A DNA stretch of 64,000 bases from a virus: the IMG/VR virus record IMGVR_UViG_3300030099_006533; one strand, written 5' to 3'. Positions 58,071-64,000 of the stretch are shown here, in pieces. The translations under genes were made by a program, and so were the position numbers. Position 1 is the stretch's first letter. Each line of letters begins with the position of its first letter. A model generated the notes under the pieces. The model saw only the letters and a list, made by a program, of their open reading frames with translations, did no database searches and was not told the origin of the DNA.

Positions 58071-59002
58071 TGCACGAGCATGAAAAGTACAAGATCGTAA
58101 CACAGGTCTTGGGCCGTTCGTATAAGTCTGGCTCCGAGCACTTGTTTTTCTGCCCATACTGTAAGCATCATAAGCGCAAGTTGTCAGTTAACATTGAGCG
58201 TGATGTTTACAAGTGCTGGATTTGTGATGCCCGCGGCCGCTCGTGTCGTCGGATCATTCGCCGCTTTGGTGACTTTGCGTTGTTGCAGCAGTGGGATGCA
58301 GTCGCCGGCCGAGTAAGCTTAGACGCGTTCGATTCTCTATTTGAAGAGGAAACACCAGAACCAGAATACATTCTAGATATGCCAGAAGGATTTAGGACCC
58401 TTACTGGCAACTCGATTCCGCTATCTGCCAAGCCGGCTAAGGCATATCTGCGTTCTCGTGGGATTACAAATAGCGATATCTTGCGATGGAAAATAGGGTA
58501 CACATCAGTTGGGGACTATGCGGATAGGATTGTAGTACCAAGCTACAATATGTCGGGCGAACTAAACTACTTTGTGGCCCGAACATATCGCGACAGTTTC
58601 AGAAAGTACATGAACCCGTCAGCCTCAAGAGACATATGCTTTAATGAGTTGTTTGTTGATTGGGACAGTGATCTAGTAATTGTTGAAGGGATCTTTGATG
58701 CTATCGTGGCTGGTAATGCTGTACCTATTCTTGGCTCTAGCTTGCGAAAAGACTCAAAACTCATAAAGAGGATCGTAGAAAATGATACTCCTGTGTACAT
58801 TGCTCTTGACGCTGACGCTGAAAAAAAGGCCAAAAAAATAATCAAAACAATGTTACAATTTGACATTGAGTTGTACAAAGTTGACGTTAAAGGCTGTGAA
58901 GACGTGGGGTCTTTAACGAAAGAAGAATTTGCACGTCGCAAAGAAAGAGCTACTTTCGTAGATGCAGATACGCATCTTCAAGAAATGGTTATGTCCATTT
59001 AG
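58070..59002 (+). CDS. dnaG: DNA primase (zinc finger plus TOPRIM)
   Basis: FFCPYC.H...YKCWIC; YL.SRGI; RIVVP; VEG.FDA; ALDADA; DVG. Confidence 0.92.
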   Translation: MHEHEKYKIVTQVLGRSYKSGSEHLFFCPYCKHHKRKLSVNIERDVYKCWICDARGRSCRRIIRRFGDFALLQQWDAVAGRVSLDAFDSLFEEETPEPEYILDMPEGFRTLTGNSIPLSAKPAKAYLRSRGITNSDILRWKIGYTSVGDYADRIVVPSYNMSGELNYFVARTYRDSFRKYMNPSASRDICFNELFVDWDSDLVIVEGIFDAIVAGNAVPILGSSLRKDSKLIKRIVENDTPVYIALDADAEKKAKKIIKTMLQFDIELYKVDVKGCEDVGSLTKEEFARRKERATFVDADTHLQEMVMSI

Positions 59003-59016
59003 GACAAGGAGAGTGT

Positions 59017-62000
59017 ATGAAAATCGCGCATATTGCCGACACACACATTAAGAACTTAAAATATCACTATGAATATCGAGTCGTATTTGAGCAATTGTAT
59101 GAGACTCTACGGAACGAAAAGGTAGACTATATTGTTCATTGTGGAGATATTGCACATACGAAAACTCAGATCTCGCCAGAGTTTGTAGAGTTGTGTACTG
59201 ATTTCTTTCGTAACTTAGCTGCAATTGCACCGACTTATATTATCTTGGGCAACCATGACGGCAACCTAAAGAACAGTAGCCGTCAAGACGCCCTGACGCC
59301 CATTGCAGACGCCTTAAACTGCAATAGGCTACATCTACTTAAGAACTCGGGCGAGACGGTTGTAAGCGATTCTTTGACCCTTAATGTGCTTAGTGTGTTT
59401 GATCAGGACAATTGGGTTAAGCCATCGGACGATTCTAAGATTAATGTCGCCTTATATCACGGCGCCATTAGCGGCGTGTCAACTGATATTGGCTGGGTGA
59501 TGGATCATGGCGAGCACGACGTTGGTATCTTTGAGCACCACGATTTCGCGATGCTTGGCGATATCCATAAAACCAATCAGGTTCTAGATCATGAAGGACG
59601 CGTGCGTTACTGTGGGTCGACTGTACAACAGAATCATGGCGAGACCAATGATAAAGGATTCTTGATTTGGGATATTCGTAGTAAAGACGATTTTACTGTC
59701 AAGCACCATGTTCTGCTGAACCCCAAGCCGTTTATCACGATTGAACTAACACCAAAGGGCCGCATGCCCAAAGGCACAAGTGTTCCTGATGGCGCACGCC
59801 TAAGACTTGTAAGCAACAATAACCTTCCTCTATCTAAGATGAAGAAGGCTGTTGACATTGCAAAACACAGGTTCAGCCCAGAAAGCATCACATTCCTAAA
59901 CCGTGCTGCCGGCGAACGTGGGAATGTTGAAGACCTTGCCAATGAACTAAAGACAGAAGACCTGCGAGATCCAGCAATTCAGAAGAAGCTCATTGCAGAG
60001 TATCTGAAAGATTATGAAGTAGACGAAATAATGATGGAGAGGGTTCAAAACTTGAACGCTCACTACAACCGCGTTGTTGAAGAGTCAGAAGAGGTTGGCC
60101 GTAATATCAACTGGAAGTTGCGAAGAGTGGAGTGGGACAACCTGTTCAACTACGGTAGCGACAATGCCATTGACTTTGATAAGGTAAACGGTATTATTGG
60201 CATCTTTGGCAAAAACTACAGCGGCAAGAGTAGCGTTGTTGATTCTATCTTATATACGATGTTTAACACCACATCAAAGAATGAGAGAAAGAATCTTAAC
60301 ATTATCAACCAGAATAAGAACGACTGCCGTGGTAAGTTGGAGCTTTCTGTTGGTGAGCGCAAGTACAGTATTGAAAGAACAAGTCAGAAGTATATCAAAC
60401 GACTCAAGGGTGAGGAAACGCTAGAGGCTAAGACTGACCTAAATTTTGAAGTTGCCTGTGAGGCTACCGGCGAGATCGAAAGCCTTAACGGCCTTAGTCG
60501 AATGGAGACAGACAGAAATATTCGTAAGCACTTCGGAACACTGGAGGATTTTCTCATCTCAGCAATGTCTAGTCAGCATGGTGCCCTTAGTTTTATTGAC
60601 GAAGGTTCCACGCGTCGTAAGGAGATTATCGCTAAGTTTCTAGACCTTGAGGTTTTTGAGAAAAAGTTTAAGTTGGCTAAGGAAGATGCGTCGGACACCC
60701 GCGGAGCACTCCGAAGACTTGACGGTCGCGACTATGATCAAGAGATTACGGAAGCACAAGAAGACCTTGAAGCCAACGTGCAGGAGATGGAGACTCAAAA
60801 GTCACTCTGTGCTGTCTTGAAGTCTGACATTGAAAAGCTAACGAATGATATAGCAGAGGTATCACTCAAGATCGACTCGATCCCAGCAGAGATCATTGAT
60901 GTTGTAAAGGTAAAGTCTGAGCTGGCTGTCGCAAGAAACAAGAAGATTGCTGTTGTTGATACCAACAAGGAAAACCGTGAGAAGCGCAAACAGAATGAGG
61001 AAATGTACGAGAAGATCAACAACTTCTTGGAGACCTTTGATCTGGAAGATTTAGAGAAAAAATCAGGAGAAATAGATGCACTGGCCGGCCAGATTAGCGA
61101 AGCTCAGGCCCTGCACAGCAACGAAGTTGCAGAACTTGAGCGTCATCGAAGGAAGAGTGCTCTGCTAGAGGGCATACCTTGTGGAACCAGCTTTCCAAGC
61201 TGCAAGTTTATCAAGGATGCACATGTTGCACAAACTAGGATTCCGATTAGCGAAACACAGATTGCCGAGATAAACGAGTCCCTCGCGGCCTTGCAGACAG
61301 AGTTAGAGGCCTATGAGCCTCATCGGGTACAGGAGCACCTGCTTAAGCACAAGAAGGTTCTAGAGCGCAAGGTGCTGGTATCTAACACTATTGCTGATTT
61401 GAACTTAGAGATTGAAAAGAACAAACTAGCTTCTGAAAAATTACACCATGAAATCAAAAGACTAACAGCCCAGCTAGATGAATACGATCAGAATAAGGAG
61501 GCAATCGAAAACCTTGAAGAACTAACCAGCACGCAAAAGTCGCTAACGCTTAACTTGACGTCTAAGAACAATCAACTCGATGCATGTGAAGAACAGATTC
61601 TTGAGCTTGTAAAGACCAACGGCTCTTTAGAGCAGAAGGTGGTGGCTATCCGAGAAGACAAAAAAGAGCGGCTAGATCTGCAGGAAGAGTTTGCTGCTTA
61701 TGATCTTTTCATGCGCTGTATGCATTCTAACGGCATTGCCTATGATATCATCAAGAAAAAGCTACCAGTCATCAATCAGGAGATCGCTAAGGTTCTTACA
61801 AATATTACCAATTTTGAAGTGTTCTTTGAGGACAACGGCAAGAAGTTTGATATTTTCATTAAGCACCCAAAACATGATGCTCGACCTATCGAAATGGCCT
61901 CCGGTGCTGAAAAGACTATGGGCGCCATGGCTATTCGACTGGCAATGTTATCGGTATCGTCTTTGCCAAAGGGCGATCTTTTTGTCCTAGATGAGCCCGG

Positions 62001-62169
62001 CACTGCCTTAGATGAAGACAATATGGAAGGCTTTATTCGCATTTTGGAACTAATTAAGGTGTACTTCAAGAATGTCTTGTTGATTTCGCATCTCGATTCT
62101 CTTAAGGATTGTGTAGACATGCAAATCGTTATAGACAAGAACAACGGGTACGCCAAAATTAACCAGTAA
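59017..62169 (+). CDS. Fused Mre11/SbcD nuclease - Rad50/SbcC ATPase (gp47-gp46-like)
   Basis: ADTH, HCGD, GNHD, YHG, GDIH phosphoesterase motifs; Walker A GKNYSGKSS; Q-loop SSQHG; coiled coils; ASGAE; LDEP; ISH. Confidence 0.95.
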   Translation: MKIAHIADTHIKNLKYHYEYRVVFEQLYETLRNEKVDYIVHCGDIAHTKTQISPEFVELCTDFFRNLAAIAPTYIILGNHDGNLKNSSRQDALTPIADALNCNRLHLLKNSGETVVSDSLTLNVLSVFDQDNWVKPSDDSKINVALYHGAISGVSTDIGWVMDHGEHDVGIFEHHDFAMLGDIHKTNQVLDHEGRVRYCGSTVQQNHGETNDKGFLIWDIRSKDDFTVKHHVLLNPKPFITIELTPKGRMPKGTSVPDGARLRLVSNNNLPLSKMKKAVDIAKHRFSPESITFLNRAAGERGNVEDLANELKTEDLRDPAIQKKLIAEYLKDYEVDEIMMERVQNLNAHYNRVVEESEEVGRNINWKLRRVEWDNLFNYGSDNAIDFDKVNGIIGIFGKNYSGKSSVVDSILYTMFNTTSKNERKNLNIINQNKNDCRGKLELSVGERKYSIERTSQKYIKRLKGEETLEAKTDLNFEVACEATGEIESLNGLSRMETDRNIRKHFGTLEDFLISAMSSQHGALSFIDEGSTRRKEIIAKFLDLEVFEKKFKLAKEDASDTRGALRRLDGRDYDQEITEAQEDLEANVQEMETQKSLCAVLKSDIEKLTNDIAEVSLKIDSIPAEIIDVVKVKSELAVARNKKIAVVDTNKENREKRKQNEEMYEKINNFLETFDLEDLEKKSGEIDALAGQISEAQALHSNEVAELERHRRKSALLEGIPCGTSFPSCKFIKDAHVAQTRIPISETQIAEINESLAALQTELEAYEPHRVQEHLLKHKKVLERKVLVSNTIADLNLEIEKNKLASEKLHHEIKRLTAQLDEYDQNKEAIENLEELTSTQKSLTLNLTSKNNQLDACEEQILELVKTNGSLEQKVVAIREDKKERLDLQEEFAAYDLFMRCMHSNGIAYDIIKKKLPVINQEIAKVLTNITNFEVFFEDNGKKFDIFIKHPKHDARPIEMASGAEKTMGAMAIRLAMLSVSSLPKGDLFVLDEPGTALDEDNMEGFIRILELIKVYFKNVLLISHLDSLKDCVDMQIVIDKNNGYAKINQ

Positions 62170-62184
62170 ATGGTGGAGGTGAAC

Positions 62185-62379
62185 ATGATGGCAGCAGCAA
62201 AAGCAAAGTTAGATAGACTAGTAGAGAAGATGATTTCTCGTAAATTTATGGTATGGCTAACAGCTACAGGGCTAATGGTGTTTGCAGGACTAGAGTCCTC
62301 AGACTGGGTTATTATTTCAGGTATTTATATCGGCGGCCAGACCGTCATCGATGGAATCGCAAAGCTTAAAGGTGTATAG
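62185..62379 (+). CDS. Small two-TM protein, putative holin
   Basis: GGAGG RBS before ATG 62185; SRKFMVWLTATGLMVF and WVIISGIYIGGQ helices. Confidence 0.55.
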   Translation: MMAAAKAKLDRLVEKMISRKFMVWLTATGLMVFAGLESSDWVIISGIYIGGQTVIDGIAKLKGV

Positions 62380-62774
62380 TGAATTTTATTACAGTGAAAA
62401 AGGCAGCATTACAGTTTTTTCTAAAACACTGGAAAGAGATTCTACTGGTTATGCTATCAGCGGTAATCTTCTTTAAAATGCAAAGTGACATGAACGAGCT
62501 TCAAAAAGCTTATGAGACAGCTAAACAAAGTTACGAGCAACAAATCGAAGGCCTGCAGGACATTCATGAAGAAGAACTTCGTGCACGCCAAGAGGCACTG
62601 GAAAAGTATGAACAAGAGCTTGAGAGGATTCAAGAAGAGTATGCACAAGATCTAGAACAGATCGAGCGTGATGCCCGTCGAAACCAGCAAGAACTTGAGG
62701 ACAACCACACGGAGGCCCCGCAAGAAGTTATTGATGAGATCATAAATCAATTTGGGTTTGAATATGTTGAGTAA
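62379..62774 (+). CDS. N-anchored coiled-coil protein, i-spanin-like
   Basis: WKEILLVMLSAVIFF transmembrane helix followed by an acidic coiled coil. Confidence 0.55.
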   Translation: MNFITVKKAALQFFLKHWKEILLVMLSAVIFFKMQSDMNELQKAYETAKQSYEQQIEGLQDIHEEELRARQEALEKYEQELERIQEEYAQDLEQIERDARRNQQELEDNHTEAPQEVIDEIINQFGFEYVE

Positions 62775-63234
62775 GATTGCGCAAACATTAAGTCTAGTTT
62801 TAGTTTTGTGTGGCACAGCACAGGCAGAAGAGTCTGACACAAATACAGCATTTCCAACAGGCCAGTTTACAATCTTGGATGTAAACCAGCGTGCTCCTTT
62901 CCGCGGCACGTTATTCGATCCAGCAGCCACAGCACACATCCTAACAATTCAACCCCGACTCAGGGCAGAGTTTCAGATCGAGCTTGATTATCAGTTATCG
63001 GAACTTACAGCACAGCACCAGCTAGAGCTTGACAATCTTGATGCTCGATACAGCGCTCTTGACGAAGAGTACAGATTAAGAATCGAAGCAAAAGACATGG
63101 AGATTGCACAACTAAACGCTTCATTGTCTAAGTTAAGCCGCAACGACCGCCATTGGTTTGTTATTGGTGGCTTTGCGATTGGTGTCGGCGTAACTGCCGG
63201 TATTGTCGCAGCAATTAACAGCGCGAGTAATTAA
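62764..63234 (+). CDS. Exported coiled-coil protein with C-terminal TM, spanin-partner candidate
   Basis: Signal peptide ..LSLVLVLCGTAQA, coiled coil, HWFVIGGFAIGVGVTAGIVAAI. Confidence 0.5.
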   Translation: MLSKIAQTLSLVLVLCGTAQAEESDTNTAFPTGQFTILDVNQRAPFRGTLFDPAATAHILTIQPRLRAEFQIELDYQLSELTAQHQLELDNLDARYSALDEEYRLRIEAKDMEIAQLNASLSKLSRNDRHWFVIGGFAIGVGVTAGIVAAINSASN

Positions 63235-63623
63235 TGAGTGATAAAGACTGGGACAAGCTAGCGGCCTTTGAAAAGGCGATTCGCCAGAAGTATGGTGAAG
63301 AAGCTATTCAAAATCCAAAGGCTAATTGGAACGAAGAAAAAGAAAAAGAATACATTCGTCAACAGAAAGAATTGTACTCTAAAGAACTGCAGCAGTCTAA
63401 AGTTTCAGAAAAAGTAGATGTTGGCGGTTTTTTAGTTTCACAAAAACTACTTAATAAAGATTCAAAGACCCCATGCCCGGTTTGTAGCAAGATATTTTTT
63501 AAATCTACAGACGATGTTTGTATGACAAAATACGAATGCTGCTTTGACTGCTATGTCAAGTGGGTAGAAGGTCGAGAAGAAAGATGGCTAGAAGGATGGA
63601 GACCAGATGAAACTACTGATTGA
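63234..63623 (+). CDS. Hypothetical protein with C-terminal zinc finger
   Basis: CPVC ... CCFDC. Confidence 0.75.
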   Translation: MSDKDWDKLAAFEKAIRQKYGEEAIQNPKANWNEEKEKEYIRQQKELYSKELQQSKVSEKVDVGGFLVSQKLLNKDSKTPCPVCSKIFFKSTDDVCMTKYECCFDCYVKWVEGREERWLEGWRPDETTD

Positions 63624-63656
63624 CTTGAACAAAAAATTTAGAGGAGCGCATGAGCT

Positions 63657-63908
63657 ATGAAATTGATAATGGAAAACTGGAAGAGATTTATGAAGGAAGG
63701 CGTGTCCGACGATATCGCAGCTGTAATAAAATACGCTGTTCAAAAAGGATTGAGTCGCGACACAGGAGATGAGGAAGCAAAACAAATCTTTGACGATATA
63801 GTACGCGACGGCTTTTATAACGTAGAGGATGTTGAAGCTGCCCATAAAGACTGGAAGCGTTATGATCTTGGCGAAGTAGATCCCGACGAGTACGAGCGAG
63901 CTTTATAA
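63657..63908 (+). CDS. Small hypothetical protein, candidate internal head protein
   Basis: GAGGAG RBS; N-terminus MKLIMENWKRFMKE. Confidence 0.75.
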   Translation: MKLIMENWKRFMKEGVSDDIAAVIKYAVQKGLSRDTGDEEAKQIFDDIVRDGFYNVEDVEAAHKDWKRYDLGEVDPDEYERAL

Positions 63909-63909
63909 A

Positions 63910-64000
63910 ATGAAAATCACAATCGCTGAACTTAAAAAGATTATTGAACAGGAAATCGATGGTCTTTTCGATGATTCGCAAGAAACTCTTTCTGGAGAAG
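63910..64000 (+). CDS. Hypothetical protein, truncated by the window edge
   Basis: ATG 63910: MKITIAELKKIIEQEIDGLFDDSQETLSGE, open to the end. Confidence 0.65.
   Translation, partial: MKITIAELKKIIEQEIDGLFDDSQETLSGE

Noticed and set aside
58070-62169. Inteins or introns in primase, SbcCD or PhoH
   Set aside because: Motif spacing and lengths are normal; no LAGLIDADG or splice-junction motifs seen.
63607-63660. 17-aa mini-ORF MKLLIDLNKKFRGAHEL bridging two genes
   Set aside because: No clear RBS, and it overlaps the RBS of 63657; cannot be supported as a gene.

Overview
A 64-kb fragment of a large, probably jumbo, contractile-tailed dsDNA bacteriophage. All credible genes lie on the + strand, are tightly packed, use the standard code and have Shine-Dalgarno-type RBSs. 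In order: (1) 30-2146, seven tRNAs interspersed with small ORFs, plus an unannotated ~121-nt four-way-junction RNA candidate; (2) 2204-6946, accessory genes (TlpA-like lipoprotein, PIN-PhoH, two putative peptidases, Cas4-like nuclease); (3) 6964-16478, an 11-gene glycan cluster (three GT4s, NeuB, NeuA, two sialyltransferase/Maf-fold proteins, pyruvyltransferase, dioxygenase, PMI-like cupin, HAD phosphatase), read as a phage-encoded nonulosonic (sialic) acid synthesis and transfer system; (4) 16475-18274, small genes including a phage sigma factor; (5) 18279-55988, a ~38-kb baseplate/tail module with 2634-aa and 4031-aa proteins and an inserted J-domain co-chaperone; (6) 55998-64000, RuvC, primase, a single-chain Mre11-Rad50 (SbcD-SbcC) fusion, a candidate holin/spanin cassette and proteins with capsid-targeting-like N-termini. 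No capsid, portal, terminase large subunit, polymerase, CRISPR array, intein or rRNA is recognisable. All family assignments come from motifs read by eye; no database search was run.
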